Part shown: piece by piece, positions 38,391 to 50,600 of the stretch
Position numbering within the stretch: the first letter of the stretch is position 1
Layout of the letters: every line of letters starts with the position of its first letter
DNA from: Spongospora subterranea f. sp. subterranea
Taxonomy: Eukaryota
NCBI GenBank assembly: GCA_049724395.1
Contig: JAUGWO010000137.1
Coordinates: 1-59,124 of the forward strand
Reading direction: 5' to 3'
DNA length: 59,124 bases
Notes under the pieces: model-generated
The model's database searches: none
Seen by the model: the letters and a program-made list of their open reading frames with translations, nothing else
Told to the model about the DNA's origin: nothing
Translations under genes and position numbers: made by a program

Positions 38391-39180
38391 TCGATTCCCC
38401 ATGTTTTTGTTAATCGAAATACACCACTTGGCATCCTATATTTTTTCCCGACATCAGTGGTTCCGACGTTCAACCGTTTTTAGCCCGGTCTCGGTGCGAG
38501 CTTTCGGCCAAGGAACGCGAAGTTGTCGTAGAATTGGAGAAAGAGTTGTGATTGCGTCATCGACGTCAAAAATGTCCACGTGGCTTCGTTCAGTGTACTG
38601 ATCGCACGTTCGACGCGGATTTAGATTTCCAAATTAATGATTTCCGAGCAAAACAAGGTCCGAGCGTCGAAACCACAAACCGAGAACGATCCCGCGAAAT
38701 TGTTGGGCGATTTCGCCCAAATTCAGGGTGTGGCACTCGCCCATACTCTGGGAAAACCCCCAGAAACATGTAACAATGTTGGAACAAGAAAAACGTGTCA
38801 ATTTCCTCAAAACACATTCGTCAATCTATCAGATCTGGTTCGGAACAAGCTATGATTGGGTATTGTTCCAGACCTCAGACCGCATCGATTTCGCTGGGAA
38901 TTGGGAAGGAATGTGTCCAGGATTAACTGTTGCCAGCCTTAGTGCTCACATCGATACGCCAACGCTCCAACACATTGTTCCCCGGAACTCCCATTGGGCC
39001 AATGACAGAAAACCCCCGACATTGCAGGACACTAGTTACACCCGACGAGTCCCTGACGTTCTTCGCAGAATACTTTTAACTGTTTTTGTTTATGGCAATG
39101 GAAATTATGAGACGAACGCCCTTCTCGAACATTCAATTCTGTGAAAACATCACGAGCGAATTCGGGCTGGGCCACAAAAA

Positions 39181-40484
39181 TTACGCCGCTTTCTTGGAGC
39201 GAACTGCGCGTTTGATACGCGAAAAGGGGCCCATGTTGGGCATGGTGATGTAGTTGTAGATGACGGCGATCCACGACGTGTGAATGACCAGCCCTTCCCC
39301 GTCCCAGTTCTTCCACCTCGCGTCGTAGAACTCGGGCGCCAACCTCCGCACCTCGGGCAGGCGAAACCCTGATATCTTTGGGAAATCGTGGTGTTCGTTG
39401 TGATATCTGGAAAAAAAAATAAAAAAAAATCGGGCGCTCAGAAATTACGGCCATCCAATGTTGTTGTCGTGGTCACCAACCCGACGTTGAAGCTGACGTA
39501 GTTCAACGGCCCGTAATACGAGTAGGTCTGACCAATGAACCGTAAACAACGGGGTGGGAGCCCCTGGCGATAAAACACCAACCAACCTCCTGGCCCAAAA
39601 TGAACTGGTAATGTTCGGCGATGAAATGACCAGCGACCGGATGCAGTCCCATGCCCAGGATGGTCGACGCCCACAGGTAGACCAGCGCCCATGGCGACAC
39701 GATCGTGCACAGGAGGTAGTCGAACGCGATACAGACGAGGGCGTTGATGATCTCCAGTTTGGTCGGCACCAGCGGGCGGACCAGGACTAGGAAAACGGCA
39801 ACACAATTGGGGCTGAAAACGGGGGGAAAATGCGGGCGAGGTATTACGAGGTCGAATGGCGTAGAAGGCCGGCTGGAGCACCATCCAGATCACCTTCATG
39901 AACGTGTTGCAGAAGATACGCCCTTCGAGTTCCGTCGGGATATCGACGTCGATCCGATCCGCGCCCTGGTAGTAGTGGTGCTCGAGATGGTATCGCTTGA
40001 ACGTGATCGCAGTCGGCAATCCGTGCGCCAGGTTCCTGCACCGGCAAACAACATGACACTGATCCTTAAAACAACAAAACCAACGACAACCGACGCGAAC
40101 ATGCTCAGGATCTCGTTATGGATCGGGGTGTGGAACCCGAGATTATGGGACAGCTCATGGTTGGCCAAACTCAGCGAGTGATTTAGGGTGCCGCCGATGG
40201 CGTACGCGACCAGGAAGAAGACCCACGGCGACATCCGGTCGGCGTGGACGGCCACGACCATCTGCGCCGTCACCAGCGCCACGACCGCATAGGCCATGCG
40301 GATATCGGGGCCATAAAGGTCCCGGATCTCGGGATGGACCTTGAGGATATCGCGGCGACCTGAAATCATTTCCAGATTGGTGCTGATTCGGTCGATATAG
40401 CAATGAGCCCCTGATATTACGGGAGCGATGAGGCTCGTCTTGGCCAACGTGGCGAAACGCGGTGATCGACACAGTCTGTCCCAT
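39181..40484 (-). CDS. DES1: Sphingolipid delta(4)-desaturase, 6 exons
   Basis: MGQ...EPHRSRRRDILKVHPEIRDLYGPD; His boxes HELSH, HLEHH, HNEHH; GLHPVAGHFIAEH, ETYSYYGPLN. Confidence 0.95.
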
Positions 40485-40895
40485 TATCGGACGCTGCGAT
40501 TGTCGCGAACAATTCCGATCCCCTTCAGCACCAACAGCTTGGAGTTTGAACGACACTTCGGGTGCTGTATGCGTTGGCCGTCGCTGCTCCAGATACCAGT
40601 CGCGAAAGTCTGTCCAGATATGTGGCGCTACTACTGTACCGATGAGTGAGGAATGGAGTTGGTCCCCCCATTGGGCTGCTTCCCGTCCAGAACCAGATTA
40701 CACAGCAACCCGATTACGCGCCAGGGGAATTCTCAGTTTTATTGACCGATCGCTATTCAGATCATGCGGACGTTTGTTATCGTTGGATTTTTGCCTTTCT
40801 GGCGAAACACCCCCGGTCGTCCAAGATACTGTGGGATGACGATCCGATATCGGCAACGGGTCGAAAATATTTGGTGGCGCAACACGTTGCCGCGA

Positions 40896-41967
40896 TCACG
40901 AATCTTTGCGAAACGGTTGGCGAAACGCATCGTAGATGCGTTTTGCTTTCAGTGTACCGACCCCGGGACATTGACTGAGTTCGTCAACCGACGCGGCCAT
41001 GACCTTGTGCAATTCTCTGAAAATCATGCGGAGACCGGCGAAAACCCATGAAATCTAACCTTTGCCAACGAGCCGAACGTCTCGGCCAGGGTCACGACGT
41101 CGGTCTTGTTGACCGACCGGATCAGGGTCAGAATCGACGAAAACACCGACGCATGGTCGGTCTCAATGCGCTCCTTGATCGAATCGAGCGGGGCGTTCTC
41201 CTGGATCTTGAAGGTCTCCACATACTGGGCCGCCTCCGGGATGCTGAACGCGCAGATCATGGTCCAGTTGTTGACGAACGCGATGCGCGTCAGGTCCTCG
41301 ATCGGGGCGGCGCAATCCTCCAGGTCCACGAGCACCAACAGGATCCGCAGGCGAAACCAGTGCTTGAGTGGCGCCATCCGCGCGTGAATATATTCGGGGC
41401 ACTGTAGATGATATCTGAACACGGTTTCCTGAGCGATTGTGAAAGAAGAACCAAGATATTTCTCATCGAGGATTACCGAAGGGTTAGGTAAAGGACGCCA
41501 GCCGAGTTCCCGACCAGGTAGTCGCACAGCAGCGAGTCGCTGTCGGCGAATTTCCAGCGAACGTGGCCGAGATGGCGCAGCAGAGCGTTGTGTTCTTGAC
41601 GGCGACTGACGATGATGCAGTTGGGGTCGGACAATACGGGGTCCTTAGCGGGACGCCTCGAGACGGTGCTCGGTTCCGGTCTGGTTCCAGATGAGCTCGA
41701 CGAAACGACGTTCTGCTGATCCGGGAAAGCGACGGGAGGAATTCGCGTTGGAACGGCGGCGGTGGCGCTCTCTGCAGAAGCAGCGGCGGCGGCGTTGCTC
41801 GTGGACGACGATTTCTGGTATTGCTTGAACATGTTGGGCGGTGCGGCAACGGAGGCGCGATCGGAGGAGGCGGATGGGATCGAGAATCGAAACGGCGCCC
41901 GCACCGGGTCACCAGGAACGAGAACCGATTTCGGCGCGGGGGCGGGAGCTCCATCCGAATCCGCCAT
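40896..41967 (-). CDS. ERCC1: DNA excision repair protein ERCC1 (Rad10), 3 exons
   Basis: IIVSRRQEHNALL...CDYLVG...LYLTLRYHLQCPEYI...RILLVLVD...EAAQYVETFK...IRSVNKTD...FGSL; HhH ELSQCPGVGTLKAKRIYDAFRQPF; stop at 40896. Confidence 0.95.
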
Positions 41968-42742
41968 GAACGTTGATGACGATGTAGCAGGCCAGGGATA
42001 ATGTCTGGCGGTTGTTGACCCACTATTGCCCTAGCGCCAGGGCATTTTTATTGACGCAGTCCGAACACGGCTCGGGCAGAACCGACCTTGAACCGGCAAT
42101 TTCATCGGAAATGAAAACGTTTTGATCGTGTCCACATGGAGAGCCATTTCAAGGAAGTCGGGCAACGTGGTTTGAGCTATGGTTTCTCCATCGCTCAGGC
42201 GCTGATATCTTGAGAAATCGGGTGGAATTGCGGCAGGTCTCTTCAGAAAGGGGATTGTAATTTGAGGCTCTTTTCAAAGTGTTTGTTTACCATTTATAGC
42301 CTTGTTCTTGGTGATGTTAGGGCTGGGGTCAAGAGCTGGATCGAGAACCGTCGCGCGGGAACGTTCGTGGTTGCTGTTGCGTTATAAACTTGACTTAATT
42401 GATGAATCCACGAGGGCGTTATTTCGTCCCGTCGAAGGGCTGTTGCTTTGGGACACTAGTTAGGTTCCGAAAAATGTGGAGTTGTAAATGGACTTGGTGT
42501 TTGTCCTTGTTTTTTCAAACGAGTGAGTAATTCCTGGTTCATTTGACACGAGTCCCTGGAAATACAATTGTTGTTGTGCTAATACTACCTGCGCGTGTTC
42601 ACCATCCATTATTAGGATTCGGATGACCTCTTTTTTGAATACACATCGTTTGTTGCCCTAGGTCACTATCCCTTGTCCCAGTAGTTCCTAGTCCCTTCCA
42701 CGTCCCAATCCGATCAAGCCCCAGTTATGTTAATATATACTG

Positions 42743-43466
42743 GATGGGATGGGGGAGTTAACATGGGGAAGACCATCGGAATATCGGGACAATATGGAGT
42801 TGGCAATGGGGAGATGGGAGGGAGTTAACATGGGGAAGACCATCGGAATATCGGGACAATATGGAGTTGGCAATGGGGAGATGGGAGGGAGTTAACATGG
42901 GGAAGACCATCGGGATATCGGGACAATATGGAGTTGGCAATGGGGAGATGGGAGGGAGTTAACATGGGGAAGACCATCGGAATATCGGGACAATATGGAG
43001 TTGGCAATGGGGAGATGGGAGGGAGTTAACATGGGGAAGACCATCGGGATATCGGGACAATATGGAGTTGGCAATGGGGAGATGGGAGGGAGTTAACATG
43101 GGGAAGACCATCGGAATATCGGGACAATATGGAGTTGGCAATGGGGAGATGGGAGGGAGTTAACATGGGGAAGACCATCGGAATATCGGGACAATATGGA
43201 GTTAGCAATGGGGAGATGGGAGGGAGTTAACATGGGGAAGACCATCGGAATATCGGGACAATATGGAGTTGGCAATGGGGAGATGGGAGGGAGTTAACAT
43301 GGGGAAGACCATCGGGATATCGGGACAATATGGAGTTAGCAATGGGGAGATGGGAGGGAGTTAACATGGGGAAGACCATCGGGATATCGGGACAATATGG
43401 AGTTAGCAATGGGGAGATGGGAGGGAGTTAACATGGGGAAGACCATCGGGACAATATGGAGTTGGC
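42743..43466. repeat. 67-bp G-rich minisatellite, ~10.5 near-identical copies
   Basis: Unit gggagttaacatggggaagaccatcgg(a/g)atatcgggacaatatggagtt(g/a)gcaatggggagatggga; the ORF track recurs every 67 nt. Confidence 0.97.
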
Positions 43467-44177
43467 GCTGGGAAGATGTCATAAAATTGGGGTGATAGAA
43501 TAAGGAATGTGGCGATAGGAGAAGAAGAGCCAATTTCAAAGATAAATAACATGATAGGAGTAGTAGAAATGAATAGGAAAAAGGGAAATATGTTCTTTAT
43601 TTCATCAATGAATGGAGCAATTGAATCAAAACCCATTGGGACACTGGGCAAATTCCTAAACTGAACACCATTGCGCCATTTCACGTGGCGTCCTCGCAAC
43701 CCATCTGATTTTGTATATCGAGGTGGTCGTCTCGTGATGGGGATCGAGGTTTCCTCCTCTTGATGTTTGACGAGGTGGTCTCTGAGAAACAGATCGACCT
43801 GCGCGATCAAATCATATTCGGGCCTTTTCATCACTGGCGCCTTTCGGGGCCTGTACTTAGGAGTAGTAGAAATGAATAGGAAAAGGGAAATATGTTCTTT
43901 ATTTCATCTGATGTTCAGACTTCTTTAAAATCTCGGCCGGGTGCCACCTTGGGACACGTGTCGTCACGTCCTTTGGGCCGATCTGAATGTTGTCGACCAC
44001 TGCGTCTCGCGATATGAATCTTTGCCGGGAGTGTCGACAACCCGGTAGAAGTTCAACGACATGAAACCTTGCAACAAGACAACTTTCAAAAGGAAGACGC
44101 ATCAGAAGCGCAGGCCCCGAAAGACGCCAGCGAGGTACACGAACATGCTTTGATCGCACAGGCCGATCTGTTTCTCA

Positions 44178-44745
44178 GGTTATGGGCCCAGGCGCCATTC
44201 GAGCGTACACTGGGCAGAAATTGAACGGAACCAATTGGAGCGCATTTGAGTTTGGCTTCACAGCGTATCTCATTGGATATGATCTGACAGACGATCTCAA
44301 CAAAGATCTCGAGGATCAGGCGATGCAGAACAAAGAGTTTTCGGTTCTGATAACGGCGACTGAGTCGAGTCAATTCGTGTTGGTGAACGAATCGAGAACA
44401 CCGAAGCAGGCATGGACTGCTTCAAAATCCTTTTACCGCAGGAAAGGCGGTGGTCAGTCGGTCTTTATCCTAGCACAAAAGTTTCGCCAGGCAAAGTCGG
44501 CGGAAAGTGGGAATCTATGCGTTGGTCGACGAGCTGGATGAAGTCACAGATTCCAAAGTGACGGACGAAGACTTTATGACGACTGTTTGTTTTTCCATAA
44601 TGGGCACCGAGAAGTATGAGAACGTGATTGAGATCATGATGAACGACCGGTGCTTGAGAGAGCCGAATTGATCAACAAGTTGACGGCTGCAGAGGAGCGG
44701 TTGAAGACGGTGAAGACGGAGCCTGAGACGGCTGTTATGGGGCTG
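44178..44745 (+). mobile_element. Ty1/Copia gag remnant
   Basis: ggttatgggccca (typical Copia PBS-region sequence), then KLNGTNWSAF...TPKQAW...VTDEDFMTTV...YENVIEIM, frameshifted. Confidence 0.75.
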
Positions 44746-45078
44746 TTCAACCTGTCATTGTAAATAGGGTTTTCCGAGAAGTAATCAGAGTAAATGCGAG
44801 CCGCACCCAGTGCTCGTCCACGTTCGACATTACGTTTTCGACCAACCCTTGAGCCCCCATGGCGAGAACCTAATTGCCCTGAACTGAACATTTCATCGTC
44901 GGATGACAGAACAGCATCAATGATAGCATCGTTCTGATCCTCTTCGATAAACGACATTTGCAACCGGCGAAGCAGGTCCATGAAGATATACGGATCGTTT
45001 TTGGGGATACCTCGCGGTGGACTCGAACATATTTAGGGATAGGGACTGTGAATTTGAGGATTTGCGGTGGAGATGCTC
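44746..45078 (-). mobile_element. PIF/Harbinger-like element, left end with TIR and transposase N-terminus
   Basis: TIR GAGCATCTCCA (45078-45068) next to a TAA target; GSRVGRKRNVERGRALGAARIYSDYFSENPIY, truncated. Confidence 0.8.
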
Positions 45079-45103
45079 TAATGCCGTGGTTGCCAGACGC
45101 ACT

Positions 45104-46852
45104 CTAACTAATGGTGGTACAGTTATTGGAGGGATGTTCGGTACACCTATTGTGATGCGGATATCCAAAAAACATTCAAAATACGCATTTTAAAATGCCT
45201 TCAGATATATATGACATTGTTTTTTATATTTTTCAATCAAAAAAAGTCCCGAATGTCGTGGATCCTCGTAGCAAACTTCGGCCTCTCGTTTTCGTTTGAC
45301 GTTTGTGCACAAAGAAGCTCGTTCCATGAGTAGCTCAAACAAACGATGAAGGCCTTAGGCTGCGATCCATGTCCAACTCAAACAGTTTTTCACACCTGGC
45401 GATCTTAAGTGTGATTAAGGCGAATGCAACGATTGCGAAAAAAGATTCGCATAATCGAAACAAGGTCTGAATAAAAAAAACATGCAAGTAGTTGTTCTAA
45501 GGGTAAATTTTCAAATTGGCGTCCGCAGAGTTTCATCTTAAACCATTATCCCTCAATTCCAGCGTGTGCTTCCTGTAGAAGCTGACTATATTTCTGACGA
45601 TGGTGATGACCATCTTGTCTCTCGCCCGACGTATTGAAAAACATGATTTGAACATTGAAGAGAACCACAAGTTGCGTTATGATGTGTAGGGCAAATTTAA
45701 TTATTTGCATGTGTATTAATGGTAATATGGGGATCCAATTCGATGGGGATTATGGGAATCGGCAGCCATGATAATTGGGAAGGTTATTCGAGAGAATTGC
45801 AAATTGCGAAAAGAAGAACAAAATCAGCTGAACGAGTATCAATGCCTCAACCCAAGGGACGGCACCGGCCATTTCCTCGAACAATGCGATACCCCTCAGC
45901 AATGAAGCGATGAAAAAGATTCCTTTGACATACAGGAACTCAATCGCAAGACCCCCTCCCATGTATATTTCAACAAAAGCAAACGGTGAACCAATTCCGT
46001 TGATGAGCAGCGCCTGCCACTTCGGCATCCCTACCGTACAAGCGGGGTCGGATGGCGAAGGAGCCGCTGACACGATTGGGGACTTGCTGACTCGATGCTG
46101 CAATTGGATGTCCCATAACTCGCAAACAAAGGTTGCGGCGAAAACGTAAAGGTATACTGTGGCCGCATTGCTGAGAAGGCGTCGGTTTAGATTACGGGGT
46201 CTTGGCTGGCGGTGTGTTGATTGACCACACTCGGGATCCTTCGAGAGTTCGTTCCTGTTCGGGTCGTCGAGATGCTGCTGCTGCGATGAAGAAGCGGCGG
46301 TAATCGATTGAAGCGGCAACTCGTCCTGATTCTGCTGGGACCTGCCAGCATGGACCGCCGATAGCATGATGACGACGGCCACGATGATCATCCGTTTCAT
46401 GGCCATTGTTTCGACCGCCCTGATGTGAACAGTTTGGAGTGTTTTAGGAAGTGAACAATTTAACGGTACTCAGTGCCGTAGCTTTCCAGTCCAACACGTT
46501 GATATAGTACATACGTTACGGCATTGACGGACTTCCTGGCCTGTTGCACGGACTATGCGGGTCAGGCGTCGAATGCTGTGAATCGAATTACCCGACCGGT
46601 TGGAGTTGGCTAACTAATGGTGGTACAGTTATTGGAGGGGTGTTCGGAACTACACCTATTGTGATGCGGATATTAAAAAAAAACATTCAAAATACGACAT
46701 TTTGGAATGCCTTCAGATTTATATGGCATTTTTTATATTTTTCAATAAAAAAACAATCCCGAATGTCGTGAATCCTCGTAGCAAACTTCGACCTCTCGTT
46801 TTCGTTTGACGTTCGTGCACAAAGAAGCTCGTTCCATGAGTAACTCAAACAA
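45104..46852. repeat. ~240-bp direct repeats (45104-45342 and 46610-46852) flanking one gene
   Basis: ctaactaatggtggtacagttattggaggg ... gttccatgagta.ctcaaacaa present twice with scattered differences. Confidence 0.92.
45750..46406 (-). CDS. Unknown signal-peptide protein with ~3 hydrophobic segments (intronless)
   Basis: 218-aa ORF; MAMKRMIIVAVVIMLSAVHA signal, Q-rich polar region, then TM-like stretches. Confidence 0.65.
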   Translation of the reverse strand: MAMKRMIIVAVVIMLSAVHAGRSQQNQDELPLQSITAASSSQQQHLDDPNRNELSKDPECGQSTHRQPRPRNLNRRLLSNAATVYLYVFAATFVCELWDIQLQHRVSKSPIVSAAPSPSDPACTVGMPKWQALLINGIGSPFAFVEIYMGGGLAIEFLYVKGIFFIASLLRGIALFEEMAGAVPWVEALILVQLILFFFSQFAILSNNLPNYHGCRFP

Positions 46853-46878
46853 GGTCTGACCACGTGGCCTCACGGTGG

Positions 46879-47452
46879 ACTTACGACGCACTAACTGTCC
46901 CTATAAACTTACGACGCACTAACTGTCTCTATAAACTTACGACGCACTAAGTGTCCCTAAAAACTTACGACGCACTAACTGTGCCTATAAACTTACGACG
47001 CACTAACTGTCCCTATAAACTTACGACGCACTAACTGTGCCTATAAACTTACGACGCACTAAGTGTCCCTATAAACTTACGACGCACTAACTGTCCCTAT
47101 AAACTTACGACGCACTAACTGTGCCTATAAACTTACGACGCACTAAGTGTCCCTATAAACTTACGACGCACTAACTGTCCCTATAAACTTACGACGCACT
47201 AACTGTCCCTATAAACTTACGACGCACTAACTGTGCCTATAAACTTACGACGCACTAAGTGTCCCTATAAACTTACGACGCACTAACTGTCCCTATAAAC
47301 TTACGACGCACTAACTGTCCCTATAAACTTACGACGCACTAACTGTCCCTATAAACTTACGACGCACTAACTGTCCCTATAAACTTACGACGCACTAACT
47401 GTCCCTATAAACTTACGACGCACTAAGTGTCCCTATAAACTTACGACGCACT
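46879..47452. repeat. 28-bp satellite, left part (~20 copies)
   Basis: Unit acttacgacgcactaa(c/g)tgt(c/g)cctataa. Confidence 0.98.
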
Positions 47453-47656
47453 TGTAGCGACTTCGGCTCAATCGCTCGACAACTACACTCGAGTTAACCT
47501 TCCGATAGCAGCTTAAATGCAAAGTGTCCTTTATTTAATCCTACGACCGCCCGTAAATCGAGGTATTCAATTCTCCAATCGCCCTTAAATCGAGGTATTC
47601 AATTCTCCGATCGTCCTTAAAATCGAAGCGCACAATCCTCACACGGACGGATTACA
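47453..47656 (-). repeat. Gypsy 3' LTR (204 bp)
   Basis: Matches 52260-52430 + 54049-54081 with one visible substitution (gcttaaat vs gctcaaat). Confidence 0.95.
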
Positions 47657-50600
47657 CTTCCCCCTCCGCTTGAAGCCTTGAACGGGAATCCCCAGGTCGC
47701 GCGCGGCTTCTCGCGCGGTTCTCGTTTTCGCAGCCTTGAGCCACCGCTCTGTCATAGCTGGTACGTCTTCCAACATGTTTTTGAGAGGTTCCCAAGTTTC
47801 GTCGCCGTCCGCCCAACCACGCCATCGTACCTTGATCTCCCAGACGTCGGCATGCTTCCGTAAGCCCAAGAACTCGGCGACCTCATACCCAGCAGAATCA
47901 TGAGCGCACTGATCATATAAATCTGCATCAACATTCAGGCTTGCGTCCGAATAAAATTTCATTCGACTGGCATGCACTTCACGTCTATCATGTGTCACCA
48001 GATCCTCGACCTCGTAAATCCAATCACTCAGGATGTTCACGATTCTCGCGGGTCCTCGCCACTTCGTCTGTAACTTCCCTAGACGTCTCTCAATTTCTCT
48101 TGAGATCAGGACATAATCGCCTTTGTCAAAGTTGATCTTTACGACATTTCCTTTCCTCAACCTCCGATCCCTTTCAAGTTGCCGTTTCTTATCTGTCGAC
48201 CTTTTTACGGCTTTGTGAATCTCGTCCAATGACCTTCGTAATCCATCGGTCATAGATTTTTGATTTTTTCAGCATCTAGTCGATTCTCCACGACCGTCTG
48301 ACTTCGATTCGAATATATAGCATCTAAAGGACTGCTGGCAGGCAATCCTGTAAAAACCGTGATCGGCGCAAATCGTCCAAACCTCTGGCTCGCAGTATGA
48401 TTCAACGACATCTGCACCAATGGCAACAGGTCAGGCCAGTCTCCAGATTGTAGTCGCAACTCAGATAACAACGCTCGCACCACGAACAGTAAATCTCGAT
48501 TGACTCGTTCTACTGTCCCATTCGCCCATGGAACGTACGCCGTAGTGAAGTGATGCTTCGTGTTCAGTCTTGTATTCAACTCCTTCATGACCTCGTTTTT
48601 AAAATGTGCTCCCTGGTCACTGACAGTCTGATGAACGACCCCGAATCTGCTAAACCAGGATAACAACGCGTTCACCACAACACGATGATCTGCATTCTTG
48701 GCTGGAAATAATTCCCGATAGGACGAAAAATCATCTTGAACAACTAGAATATAGATATACGGATTCTCGCCCTTAGCCTTCATCTTGTCCATGAAAAAGA
48801 AAATCGTAGTGTAACAGCTTATTAGGTCGGTCTGCATGTAATGCTTCCCCAAATGGCCTTGGTATTACAGTTCCTTTGTTCGCTTCACAATGTAAGCACT
48901 CCCGTACAAATTTCAGGATATCGTTTCTCATGTTTTTCCACCAGAACCTTGCTTTCACGGCTTCTAATGTCGCCTCGACTCCTCGATGTCCTGCGCTGCT
49001 GCTGTGGGCAATGATCATAATCCTCACTGCCAACTCTTCTGATGGAATCCAAATCTTCCCTTCCCCGGTCTTGAAGACATCATCATTATCGGCATGTACA
49101 CCGTCTTTCATGGTATCGCTGAAAATATGCTCCTTGTACGCGTTCTGAATCGCCGTAATTTCGCCCAGATCGGGCCAGACAAACGTAGTCGCATGCAAAG
49201 GTCGAACCCTTTGATTGATTGAAACATCTCCAATAGCAGCGGCTCGGCCTTCCGTCTCCGCATGTTGTGCCCATCGCGTTAGTAGATCAGCCCATACGTT
49301 GTCAGATCCTGAAATATGACGAATGCTATACTTGTAAGCTAAAAGTTTGGTGGCCCACCGCTCAAGCCTGTCGCAAACGTGCCTTCGCTTCTCGCTTGCC
49401 CTTTCCGACGGGTCCAAGATATACACTAGGTTTCGATGATCCGTGAATATCACGAATCCTTTCTCTCTTAACAGAAAATGTCTCAAACGCCCAACCGCCT
49501 CGATGATTGGAAATGCCTCTTTCTCAATCGTCGACCACTGGAGGGACGCCCCTTTAAATGTACCGCTAAGAAAAACCAATGGCGCATGTCGCAGTTGACT
49601 AATATCCTCCAGGCCAATATCCTCTTCCGGCACTTGTGTCAGCACGACGGCCCAATGTTGGTCGCTAGCGTCAGTAAATAAACAGAACGGTTTGTCGGCA
49701 TCTGGATGCGCCAGCTCCACAACGTTGGCCACAACCTCTTTTGCGTGTTGGAAGCTGTGTCGATGCCGCTCATCCCATCCTATCTCCGATAGTTTGACCT
49801 TGTTCATCACATTCCTCTTACTAGACCCAGCGATCTTCATAGCTTCATTTTTCGCTTCTTGTAAGAAATGAATATGCTTCGTAAACTCAGGAATGGCGAC
49901 TCGGAGCCATCCTAATGCACAAATAAACTGCTGTAGTTCTCCAGCGTTCTGCGGCTCCTCCATATTTCTCAACGATTCAACCAGCTTAGGGTCGAATCGA
50001 ATGCCTGTACCAGAGATAATTCGCCCACACCAATGGACTTCCCGGTTAAATAAATCACAGCGACGTGCATTCAACTTGATCCCGAATAAGTCCAAACGCT
50101 TAAACACCAGACGTAAATTTTCAAGCAACTCTTGAACAGTAGGTGCAAAAATTAACAAATCATCGATCCACAACAGAGTGTTCTTATAAAGATAGTCACC
50201 AAGTGCCTCCTGCATCCCCGCTTGGAAGCATGCGACAGCATCTGTGGCTCCCTGAACCACTCTAGTCGGTGTGTAGACGCCTTCATCAGTCATAAATGAC
50301 AGTAGCTCCTGTGATTCTTCTGCCAGAGGGAACTGCCAATACCCTTTGTAAGCGTCCAGCGTTGCGAAGTAACTGGCCCCGGCTAGTCGCCCCATCACGA
50401 TTTCCAATGACGGCATCGGCCAGGCTACAGGTTCGGTGTCTGCATTGATTCCTCGGAGGTCCACCGTCATTCGGTATCCACGATTGTTAGGTTTCGGGAC
50501 AACCAGCACTGGTGACGTGTATCTTGATCGGATGTTTCTATAAACATAACCGTTAGTCTCCAGTTCCTTCACAAATTCACGTAGAAAGTCAGAGTGACTA

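Noticed and set aside
38728..39144. 138-aa + strand ORF between the SPKR gene and DES1
   Set aside because: No recognisable motif and no support as a gene.
42758..43539. Series of 60-aa ORFs (MPTPYCPDIP...)
   Set aside because: Artefacts of translating the 67-bp tandem repeat.
43988..44177. Copia 5' LTR
   Set aside because: The segment matches the inverted repeat at 43783-43855 and has no partner LTR.
48250..48852. Programmed ribosomal frameshifts in the Gypsy integrase
   Set aside because: The breaks fall inside integrase at homopolymers, not at the gag/pol junction; mutation or assembly error is more likely.
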